Shown here: positions 24,801 to 32,076 of the stretch, one piece after another
Layout: every line of letters begins with the position of its first letter
Numbering within the stretch: position 1 is the stretch's first letter
NCBI GenBank assembly: GCA_031372065.1
Contig: JANMKN010000214.1
Location: forward strand, 1-32,076
Origin: Abditibacteriaceae bacterium
GTDB lineage: Bacteria; Armatimonadota; Abditibacteriia; Abditibacteriales; Abditibacteriaceae
Reading direction: 5' to 3'
DNA: 32,076 nucleotides
The notes under the pieces: generated by a model
Database searches by the model: none
What the model was told of the DNA's origin: nothing
What the model saw: only the letters and a program-made list of their open reading frames with translations
Program-made: the position numbers and the translations under genes

Positions 24801-25270
24801 GCTTGACAATTCGGGCCGAGGGTGAGGGAAGGAGCAAAGGCAATGGTAAATTGGTTGTTTGAGATGGCACCGCCCTGCCAATTAAAACTATTGGTGACCG
24901 TTACACCCAAATTGGCGGAGACTGCACCCAAGAGGCTGCCATTTTCCAAGGTCAAACTGTTGAGCGTGATGTTTTCGGCCAGTGCCGCTGACTGGTCTGC
25001 CGCGATGGTAACATCGGCCCCGTCGATGGGATAGGATCCGATAGGGCCATTCAGGGCGCAAGCGTCATCGGGCGTATGGGCCCAGTTACGGGCATCTTTC
25101 CAACTGGGATCACCTGGACCTTGGAGAACACAAGCTCCGGTGTTGATATCCGTCGCATAGCCGGAGTAATTGTGAAATGTCCACGCACTCGCGGCACTGT
25201 TGAAGGCCATGACGGCCATCAGGAGAAACGGCAGGGGGTTGGCGCGCAGCCAACGGTGGAAACGGAACAT
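21839..25270 (-). CDS. Secreted surface protein with a beta-strand-repeat passenger-like region and five Calx-beta domains
   Basis: Signal peptide from ATG 25270 (RBS GAGG). Gly/Asn/Thr-rich repeats. Five EG..V.Y.T.DGTA..DY..E.F.V.L..GTI.NDD-type units. Confidence 0.9.
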   Translation of the reverse strand: MFRFHRWLRANPLPFLLMAVMAFNSAASAWTFHNYSGYATDINTGACVLQGPGDPSWKDARNWAHTPDDACALNGPIGSYPIDGADVTIAADQSAALAENITLNSLTLENGSLLGAVSANLGVTVTNSFNWQGGAISNNQFTIAFAPSLTLGPNCQAFAIGSSGQFLRAVSGITNQGKFTWNGPGYLYADITNIGTIVLPRNGTFQDAGVGGIVINYGLIQKTLGSGTVNLGLLKNMNTGVLKTDTGIMAIKGGNISELNAGTVISGAGTFECDAAQMFLNGNITVNGTLQLGDAADNVIPNVQCNAAKLIVTDPFGARTVNWLNSDFYSGALTFDAGLTVNMSGSGSKFFHDNQVWTNKGTMNWNGGAPLKTLVDPLINDGGNYNINAAGDAIEGQFTNKGIFNTFAGTTSMTSVLINQGTLNVGGVGKAGTLNINTGTSNLFNTGGAINMEIGGTTGGTQFDRIVALSNFPSTLQMGGTLNASYINGFAPTANQNFKIVQAQSGASVAAGFDVVNSPKTNIVLNQVYTPSTDITLNASPLLFMDPVSLVEGNAGTTIMEIIVKLPATSSKTVTVDYAVSDDITGTTATVGNDYGTAFDSDSVSPGKLVIPAGQDNGKIFVPIFGDTNYEADETFRVTLSNPTNATLNNLQPTLQAKGTITNDDKTKLSINSPSILEGNLGDANKTLNFTVTLSDTVPQDVTVKYATADTNAAMGKAEAGKDYVATSGTLTIPANQTKGIIIVPIKGDNLDEDDETFFVNLSVPTVAEITVAKGVGTIIDNDALPIISTGDVTVSEGTGGVKFANFKVNLVDAVGASLVSGRPVTVTWNTTDGTAKAPGDYTATRQNLVILVGQSSSQFSVPISTDSTDEFDENLFVFLTTPVNGKISTSRVQATITDDDAPPTVSIDSPITKEGNGGQLSATFHVTLSAASGKVVKVALTTANSPAGTGVFPAAANVDYVPVTSAAPVVVSISAGTTVGIAHVTINGDTLDEENETFVAKISSPENATITAGSNTGTGTILDDDTSPSLIIDDVSKQEGGSGFTNFIFTVTLVGASEKAISVLYATADGTAKSTSDYTLKGGSLNFGGPNHITSQKITVEVKGDVLAEPNETFFVLLSGVVNASVSKARGIGTITNDDGSG

Positions 25271-25346
25271 GCGAGTCCTCTTTTTACGGCAGATTTTGTC
25301 AGGGCCCTGAAAAGCAATGGACGAATGCAAGGGCAGTTGTCGGGGG

Positions 25347-25663
25347 ATCTAGGAAGAGAACGCCATCGATATGATCGATTTCGTGCTGCACGACTACGGC
25401 CTCGAAATCTTCGGCGTCCAATTCGTGCCATGATCCCCATTCGTCCTGATAGCGCACGACGACGCGCATCGCGCGGCGCACGTTGGCCGTGAAATCTGGC
25501 AGCGACAGGCAGCCTTCTTGGCTGGGCTTGAGAGTCTTGAAAAACTTGTCGTAGGCTTCCACGCTTGATTTCGTGGTATCCGAAGAAGCCACCCTAACAT
25601 CGCGTGCCGTAAGACGGGCACCCTCCACATAGGGAATATGGAGTTCAATTTTAACGTCGACAT
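25347..25663 (-). pseudogene. Chimeric remnant: 5' end of an astacin/Calx-beta paralog fused to the C-terminal half of a peptide deformylase
   Basis: AGGAGA RBS and ATG 25663, then a frameshift to DTTKSSVEAYDKFFKTLKPSQ (25580-25518), then EGCLS..QHEIDHIDGVLF (25517-25347). Deformylase motif 1 (GxGxAAxQ) is absent. Confidence 0.8.
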
Positions 25664-25755
25664 GGAATTCTCCTGTCACCGAAGATTATGAAATTCTCTT
25701 ATAAGGGAATTTCAATAAAAATGGTTTACCTTATCTTTTCCATAAAAATCATCAC

Positions 25756-25788
25756 GTTTCAGAACTATTTCAGTCACATTTCAGTCAC
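25756..25788. promoter_or_regulatory. 11-bp direct repeats, possible OmpR/PhoB-type regulator site
   Basis: GTTTCAGAACT-ATTTCAGTCAC-ATTTCAGTCAC, about 95 bp upstream of ATG 25663. Confidence 0.4.
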
Positions 25789-25900
25789 GTCTGAGTAAAA
25801 TTCCAGTTTATTATGAGCTGTCTGATTGGCGTGTCTGTTGGGCTGTCACAGGAGAACCTAATCTCTATAATTTAATCTCTGGGTCATGTTTGTCGAATGA

Positions 25901-25947
25901 AACAAAAAGGCAGGGACGATTTACGAATCGTCCCTGCCTTTTTTGTT
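25901..25947 (-). terminator. Rho-independent terminator after the astacin/Calx-beta gene
   Basis: AAAAAGGCAGGGACGATT-tacg-AATCGTCCCTGCCTTTTTT. Confidence 0.88.
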
Positions 25948-25970
25948 GAGCTACAATTTGCTACACGCTT

Positions 25971-28900
25971 TTACCCCGAACCGTCATCGTTGGTAATCGT
26001 GCCGATGCCGCGCGCTTTGCTCACGCTTGCATTCGTTGCACCCGAAAGCAGCACGAAAAAGGTTTCATTGCCTTCGACCGTTGTATCGCCGTTGATCGGA
26101 ACGAGTATGGTGCGCGTTAAGGCAGTGCCCGGTGCGAAACTCAAGGTGCCAGTTTTGGCGGCGTAGTCAGCGGGTGTTAAGTCTGAACGAGCAGTGCCAT
26201 TAGCTGTGGCATAGTTTACCATCACGGTTTTGCCGCTCACGGCTGTCAAACTCACTGTGAACACAAGGTTCTTGGCACCGCTGTTCCCTTCGGTGATGCT
26301 CACGTCGTCAATGGACAAGGAAGGTGCCGCGTCATCATCAATGATGGTGCCTACGGCGCTGGATTTGGCTGTGTCCAGTGTGGCATTCTCCGGCGCAGAG
26401 ATTTTGGCTAAGAAGGTTTCGTCTTCTTCGTCCAATACATCGCCGTTGATGGTCACATGAGCGATGCCCACTGTGCTACCCGCACTGATGGAAATCGTAA
26501 TCGGCGTCGTGGAAGACACCGGCACATAATCCACATTAGCGGTAGCCGGAAAGACACCGGTGCCCGCCGGACGATTTGCAGTGATGAGGTTGACCTTCAC
26601 CACTTTGCCACTGGGCGCCGAGAGATTGATGTGAAACGTGGATGAGGTCGTGCCGCCATTGTATTCTTTGGCGGCGGTGTTGGTTATCGAAACCAATGGT
26701 GCGGCGTCGTCATCGGTGACGGTGCAAATCACGCGCGTTGTGCTGATTTTGGCGTTGACAGGCGCCGTCAAGAAAGCGTAGAAGTTTTCATCGTATTCAT
26801 CGGTGGAATCGGTGATTACGGGCACACTGAACTTCGCCGTGGTTTGGCCCGCCGGAATCGTGAGATTGACACGAGTTGGGGTGTAATCGGATGGCGTGCG
26901 CGCCGTGCCGTCAGTGGTGTTGCAGGTGAACTGCACATCGCGGCCACTCACGGTATTCAGATTGATGGTGAAGTTAGCAGTCTTGGTGCCGCCGGTGCCC
27001 TCGACAACAGTGATGTTGCTGCTGGAGAGGATCGGCAAGGCATCATTATCAATGATGGTGCCGATGCCTCCATGTTGGCCGCCTGCGACGATAATCGCAT
27101 TAGTCGGTTGGCTCAGAGTAACGAAGAAACTCTCATTGTCTTCGTTCAAGTTGTCGCCGATAATTGGCACACTGATGTTGCCGCTGGTTAGGCCTGCGGG
27201 AATGGTCAACGTGCCGGAAGTGGTGACATAATCTGCCCCTGCCATCGCCGCACTGAGATTGGCACCTGATGTCGCATATTTCACCGTTACGGCTTGCAGC
27301 AACTTATCGGACAATGTCACAGTGAAATTAAGCGACTTATTCGCATCGCCCTTGTTGCCTTCGAGAATGCTAACGCTGTTGATGCCCAATGTGGCCGAAT
27401 CGTCGTTGGTAATCGTGCCTGTTGCCTGCGTGTTGGACAAAAAGGCATTGACGGGATTGCTGAGATCGAGTTTGAAGGTTTCATCGGCCTCGAAATTCGT
27501 GTCTCCATTGACCGGCACTAAAATATCGCCGCTGGTTTGGCCTGCCGCAATGGTTAGCGTGCCGGTAGTCGCCGAGTAGTCGCTGCCTGCTGTAGCCGTG
27601 CCGTCGGCTGTCGCATAATCCACTTTCACCGGCTTGGTGTTTGTCGCCGCCAGACGAACAGTGAATTTCAAATTGGTGGTGCCGCTGTTGCCTTCTGTGA
27701 CAGTTGCGGGGTCGCTGATAGACAACCCTAACTGATTGCTCAGGATAACGTCGTCGCCATCGCCACCTTGATAAGTTGTTTGGAAAGTGCGGCTACCAAC
27801 TGTTAGCGCCGCGCCTTCGGGCAATCCAGCGAAAGTTCCGCTAACTGCCGCGCTCGGATCAATGATTTTGAAGGCGGCACCCAAAGCCGGTGTATAAGTG
27901 CCACCCAATTGCACGGCAAGCGCGCCATCCAGCGCCACGCTGCCGGTGGCAACCATCTTTCCGTAAACCGTCGCGCTGTTCAGCGTGCTTTGCAGCGTGC
28001 CGGTGCTGGTTTGACTGAAGTCCCAATTGATGGTCAACGTTTTGGCGCCTAAATTCAGTAGCCCAGAGTTAACGAAGGCGGCACCCCGATCATAGGTGCG
28101 GGAAAACATCCCGCTGGAAGTCGCCGTGAAGACACCGCCCGACTTGTTGTTGATCGTCGCATAAGTGTTGGTGTTGCCGTCCGCGTGAATGTCGCCAGCG
28201 CTCCACGTTGCCGTGCCGCTGTTGTTGATAGTGGAGCCGTCACCAGCTTCTTTGGTGGCAGTTCCGCTGATCTGCCAGGTGCTGCCGGATAGCACGTTGA
28301 CAACCGTTCCGCCAGCGCCCAGCGTCCCACCCGTCCAATTCAGCGCGCCGCGCACATCCATGCTGCCAGCGCCATACAGCGCACCGCTAATCACTTCAAG
28401 AGTCGAAGCGGCGCCCGCTGTGCCCACCGTGGTTGCACCCGTCAAGTTGATACCGGCGCCATCAATCTGGGCTTTGCCGCTTCCCGTAAAAGCCGCGCCC
28501 GTGCCCAGATTGTGTGTGGCGGCGATGAAGCGTGTCAGCCCGCTGCCATTGGTGGTGTAAGTCCCCACTCCCGTGCTGTCGCCATGCAAGGCCAACGTGC
28601 CGCTGTCCACGCGCGAGGTGCCGTTGTTATTAAAGGCCCAGTCACATTGCGTGGTGGTGCCCGCTCCGGTTTTTACGAAAGTTGCACCCGCGAAATTGGT
28701 AAAGGTGGCACCCCGATCATAGGTGCGGGAAAACATCCCGCTGGAAGTCGCCGTGAAGACACCGCCCGACTTGTTGTTGATCGTCGCATAAGTGTTGGTG
28801 TTGCCGTCCGCGTGAATGTCGCCACCCGTCCAATTGACGATGCCAAAGTTCGTGAGAGTGCAACCATCAGCCAAAAATTTCTGACTGCTGCTGCTGATGG

Positions 28901-31871
28901 TGAGTATGGCACCTGCTGAAACTGCCCAATTGCCATACATCACACCGCTCGTCCAGTTTCCGGTTTTAGTGGTCGTCAAACTTGTCACGCCACCCACGCC
29001 GGTATCGAGATTCAAGCCGCTGTTGCCGCCCAGAGTAAAACCATACACCGTTCGTGCGACCTGTGAAGTGACTGTATCTCCGTTGCCAATCACGGCGATG
29101 TCTTCTGGTCCCGGCACGCCATTGGGACTCCAGTTGGCCGCTGTGCCCCAAGAAGTGCTGTCGTCCAGATGATTAGGATCGTTTCCATCGTCTCGCAGTG
29201 TGTAGCCCGTCCATGTATAGACCTGATGGAAGTCCACCGTGATGATAGCATCCGCCTGAGTGGTGTTACCCGCTTTGTCACGCGCAACGGCAGTGAAGTC
29301 GTATTGGCCGTTCGACAGTTGCGTGCTGCTATTGCTGCCGGGCAGCGGCAGCCTGCCGTTAAGCGTTCCCGTATTGCTCCACAGGTGTGTAGAACCGTCA
29401 TAGGTGCTGGTGATGATAGGAGCAAGATTCGTCACCGTAACCCATGTCGAGCCATCCCAGAATTTGCCGTCTCCGATGCGCCGGATAAACAAATTAACCA
29501 CATCCATGCCTCCGCTGTCGGTCGCGCTGCCATTGAAACTGTAGGCGCTGGTAGTAACGGTAGAGCCATTCGCCGGTGAGGTGATTGCACAAGTTGGCGG
29601 GGCATTATCAACGTTGAAGCTCGTCTGATTGATGTCTTTCTGCGATGTTGACAGGTTGTTAAGGCCGTCTTTAGCGCTGGCGCTGATGTAATAAATCCCA
29701 TCAGTTAAATTGATGCCTGTGGGCACCAAAGTAGAACTCCAACTGCCGCTACTCACATTGGCTACCAGTGTGGCCTGTGCCGTCTGCCAACTCGTGCCGT
29801 TCCAATATTGGCTATTGTGGTTCAGCGTGAAATTAACGACGCTGCTATTGATGCCGTTCGTATCTGATGCCGTGCCACTGATGGCAGACAGCGTTGTCAC
29901 GGTAGCGTTGTTGCCGGGAGAAAGCACAGCAACGCTTGGCCCGGTTTGGTCAATGGTAAAATCGGTGTTCGCGTAAGTCCCGCCATCAATGCCGGAAACA
30001 TCTACGCCAATTACTTGGAAGCTATAGGTGCCGGTGCCGAAACTCGGTATCGTCACGCTCCAAGCGAAGTGCGCGGAGTTGCTGGCGTTGTCTACTTTCT
30101 TGTTGTTGGTGCTGCTGGTGAAGCTTGTAGTGCCCCAGTTGCCAATTGTCCAATCCCACCATTTGCCGTCGGCATTATTGCGCAAGGCCACCTTGACGTA
30201 ATCCACGCCAAGGTTATCGTCAGCGGCGCCGCTGGCTGCGGTAAAGCTGGCATAGTCTGGGCTGCTGACGGGTGCTGTAATGGTAGCCTTCGGCCCGGTG
30301 CCGTCAATGTCGTAATTTCTGAGGGTATACGCTCCTGCATCGTTGCCGGACACGTCTACTGCAATGGCTTCAACGGTGTAAGCACCGCCGCCCAACTGCG
30401 GCAGCGAAGTAGTCCAATCGAAGCGCTTGGAGTTGGTGGCACTTTCTACCCTCTTTGTGTTGGTGATCTCGCTGAAACTCGTGCTTCCCCAGTTCTGGGT
30501 GTTCCAATTCCACCATTTACTGTCGGTTCTATTGAATAGCGCTATCTTGACGTAATCCACGCCGATATTGTCTTCACCAGTGCCGGTGGCAGTCGTCACG
30601 CTACTGTAAGGCGTCGCGCTTACAACGGGCATTGTGATAGTCGTGGTAGGCTTGGTCGAATCGGCTACAGTGAAATCTATATTAGTCAATGAAGCAGAAG
30701 TGGTCGTCACGGTTTTGTTGACGGGTGTAAAGGTGCCACCACTCGGAGTGAGGAGAAACCTCCCGGCGGAGGTGCCGGGCAGCGTGTAGTAACCATTGGC
30801 ATCGGTCGTAGCAGGAACCACTGTTCCCGCAGGATCATAAGTGCCGTAATACTTGGTGACGCCAACGCCGCTGCAATTCACCTTGATGCCGGGAACACCG
30901 ACACCACCGCTGGTTACTCGCCCGCTTACGCTAATACCCCCACCATATTCGGCACCCATAACACCTTTATCCAAATCGCTCAGGTGAGGATTCGGGCCAC
31001 CAGCTTGGCCGATTTCGCCATTGGTGAAGTTCCCATCAGTCCAATGGGCATTAGCTGCGGCCTTAGCACGAATGTGAGCATAATAACTATTTCCATTCGT
31101 GTCTTTGTATCCGTCATCATACCCGTAATGCATCACCGAATCCCAGTCATAGGCGGCGGTGTTGTAGGAATTGGGCACTTTGGCCCAGTTGATGTTAGTG
31201 AGAGGATCAAAACCCGGAGTTCCCGATGTGATAGTAATATATTTATCGCGGTCAGTGCGACATTGTTCGTGTATCATGCCTAAGCAGTGTCCAATTTCAT
31301 GGGCGCATTCAATCACAGTGGCTTGATTATTCAGGTTTATGACTTGTTGGCCTTTAGTGCGCCCAACGCTGGAGTCCATTGTCCCACTGGCACTATACTT
31401 CACGCGCACATAATCGGCGTCACTACTCGTTTTGGCTTCCCAACGAATATCAGCGGCCTTTTGCCATTCAAAGACGCCAGCAAGAAACAAACTTTTAACG
31501 TTAGCGGGAACGCTACTATCAAAGAGGTAAGGTATTCTGCCGTTAGGCCACGAAAGGTAGTTATCCCAGTCGAATGCACCTTTAGTTCCTATACCGCTGG
31601 GTGATTGGCCCGCCAAATGATCGCGCCATCTTTTTAGGACATCAACCCGAAAACCCATGTCGCCCACATAGGCAATCTGCTGTCCGGGCTTCAACGTTTT
31701 GAAAAGCTTATCGTAGGCCTCTACGCTTTTTTTCGTGGTATCTACCGGAGCAGAAGAGCCACTCTGGGCACGAGTTGTAAGCACACCGGGGACAAGCAAA
31801 AACAGAGCAGCCATAAGCTGCCCAAACATTTTGCGCTGCGAACATTGGCGCAGTAATTGGACTCGTTGCAT
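25971..31871 (-). CDS. Large secreted metalloprotease/adhesin: astacin (M12A), Ig-like repeats, beta-strand repeats and five Calx-beta domains
   Basis: Signal peptide from ATG 31871 (RBS GGAG). Pro-region YVGDM, zinc motif HEIGHCLGMIHEQCRTDRD, Met-turn SVMHY. About four D.T.P..IT.P..GTA.D Ig-like units and five Calx-beta units. Confidence 0.92.
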   Translation of the reverse strand: MQRVQLLRQCSQRKMFGQLMAALFLLVPGVLTTRAQSGSSAPVDTTKKSVEAYDKLFKTLKPGQQIAYVGDMGFRVDVLKRWRDHLAGQSPSGIGTKGAFDWDNYLSWPNGRIPYLFDSSVPANVKSLFLAGVFEWQKAADIRWEAKTSSDADYVRVKYSASGTMDSSVGRTKGQQVINLNNQATVIECAHEIGHCLGMIHEQCRTDRDKYITITSGTPGFDPLTNINWAKVPNSYNTAAYDWDSVMHYGYDDGYKDTNGNSYYAHIRAKAAANAHWTDGNFTNGEIGQAGGPNPHLSDLDKGVMGAEYGGGISVSGRVTSGGVGVPGIKVNCSGVGVTKYYGTYDPAGTVVPATTDANGYYTLPGTSAGRFLLTPSGGTFTPVNKTVTTTSASLTNIDFTVADSTKPTTTITMPVVSATPYSSVTTATGTGEDNIGVDYVKIALFNRTDSKWWNWNTQNWGSTSFSEITNTKRVESATNSKRFDWTTSLPQLGGGAYTVEAIAVDVSGNDAGAYTLRNYDIDGTGPKATITAPVSSPDYASFTAASGAADDNLGVDYVKVALRNNADGKWWDWTIGNWGTTSFTSSTNNKKVDNASNSAHFAWSVTIPSFGTGTYSFQVIGVDVSGIDGGTYANTDFTIDQTGPSVAVLSPGNNATVTTLSAISGTASDTNGINSSVVNFTLNHNSQYWNGTSWQTAQATLVANVSSGSWSSTLVPTGINLTDGIYYISASAKDGLNNLSTSQKDINQTSFNVDNAPPTCAITSPANGSTVTTSAYSFNGSATDSGGMDVVNLFIRRIGDGKFWDGSTWVTVTNLAPIITSTYDGSTHLWSNTGTLNGRLPLPGSNSSTQLSNGQYDFTAVARDKAGNTTQADAIITVDFHQVYTWTGYTLRDDGNDPNHLDDSTSWGTAANWSPNGVPGPEDIAVIGNGDTVTSQVARTVYGFTLGGNSGLNLDTGVGGVTSLTTTKTGNWTSGVMYGNWAVSAGAILTISSSSQKFLADGCTLTNFGIVNWTGGDIHADGNTNTYATINNKSGGVFTATSSGMFSRTYDRGATFTNFAGATFVKTGAGTTTQCDWAFNNNGTSRVDSGTLALHGDSTGVGTYTTNGSGLTRFIAATHNLGTGAAFTGSGKAQIDGAGINLTGATTVGTAGAASTLEVISGALYGAGSMDVRGALNWTGGTLGAGGTVVNVLSGSTWQISGTATKEAGDGSTINNSGTATWSAGDIHADGNTNTYATINNKSGGVFTATSSGMFSRTYDRGAAFVNSGLLNLGAKTLTINWDFSQTSTGTLQSTLNSATVYGKMVATGSVALDGALAVQLGGTYTPALGAAFKIIDPSAAVSGTFAGLPEGAALTVGSRTFQTTYQGGDGDDVILSNQLGLSISDPATVTEGNSGTTNLKFTVRLAATNTKPVKVDYATADGTATAGSDYSATTGTLTIAAGQTSGDILVPVNGDTNFEADETFKLDLSNPVNAFLSNTQATGTITNDDSATLGINSVSILEGNKGDANKSLNFTVTLSDKLLQAVTVKYATSGANLSAAMAGADYVTTSGTLTIPAGLTSGNISVPIIGDNLNEDNESFFVTLSQPTNAIIVAGGQHGGIGTIIDNDALPILSSSNITVVEGTGGTKTANFTINLNTVSGRDVQFTCNTTDGTARTPSDYTPTRVNLTIPAGQTTAKFSVPVITDSTDEYDENFYAFLTAPVNAKISTTRVICTVTDDDAAPLVSITNTAAKEYNGGTTSSTFHINLSAPSGKVVKVNLITANRPAGTGVFPATANVDYVPVSSTTPITISISAGSTVGIAHVTINGDVLDEEDETFLAKISAPENATLDTAKSSAVGTIIDDDAAPSLSIDDVSITEGNSGAKNLVFTVSLTAVSGKTVMVNYATANGTARSDLTPADYAAKTGTLSFAPGTALTRTILVPINGDTTVEGNETFFVLLSGATNASVSKARGIGTITNDDGSG
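28080..28824. repeat. Perfect 118-bp intragenic direct repeat (28080-28197 = 28707-28824)
   Basis: Base-by-base identical, offset 627 nt (209 codons). Encodes GDIHADGNTNTYATINNKSGGVFTATSSGMFSRTYDRGA twice. Confidence 0.9.
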
Positions 31872-32076
31872 CGTGAGCTTCTCCAAAAACAAAATTAATG
31901 CGCCATTGAAGCCAAAAACAACGGCAATAAGGCCGCACCACAATGATTATACAATTTGCAGCCTTTATATCATGTCAACTTCATGACAAAAACCAATTTT
32001 TAAAAGAATTTTGCGAAAAATAAGGGCAGAATTTATTCTTGGGGGTATTAAACCCCAAAAGAATAAAATAGCCATC

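Noticed and set aside
25299..25679. Functional peptide deformylase (def)
   Set aside because: Motif 1 and the whole N-terminal half are missing and replaced by unrelated sequence.
28080..28824. Diversity-generating retroelement TR/VR pair
   Set aside because: The copies are identical with no adenine-specific mismatches, both are in frame within one gene, and no reverse transcriptase is present.
31946..31978. Canonical TTGACA/TATAAT promoter on the minus strand
   Set aside because: Both hexamers are perfect but 21 nt apart, too far for sigma70. Only the -10 is considered plausible.
32032..32067. Imperfect inverted repeat at the window end
   Set aside because: It is AT-rich and mismatched, and the context is cut off, so terminator versus operator cannot be decided.

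Overview
Bacterial chromosomal window. Gene content (prepilin/DUF1559-type protein, large Calx-beta surface proteins, leaderless starts) suggests Abditibacteriota/Armatimonadota, but that is inference. From left to right: (1) a truncated hypothetical gene whose leader carries a 42-bp palindromic tandem array; (2) a two-cassette integron-type array with an attI-like site and one complete attC but no integrase; (3) trmFO and cca, a 14 x 21-bp tandem array, and membrane-protein genes; (4) a long minus-strand run: cNMP/DUF1003 protein, aroA, anchored solute-binding protein, TM coiled-coil protein, coiled-coil protein, PspA/IM30, a 41-bp palindromic array, a classical AAA+ ATPase, a WD40-Roc-COR-Zn-ribbon-class III cyclase, and a prepilin-like protein; (5) an esterase, a 2-hydroxyacid dehydrogenase and a DUF3431 protein; (6) two paralogous Calx-beta surface proteins, one with an astacin protease domain, separated by a chimeric pseudogene containing a peptide deformylase fragment. 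The best candidates for new biology are the PspA (ESCRT-III-like)/AAA+/Roco-cyclase module and a set of 21/41/42-bp phased arrays, two of which show flipped palindrome centres. No rRNA, tRNA, CRISPR-cas, transposase or integrase was recognised. Family assignments come from motif recognition, not database searches.
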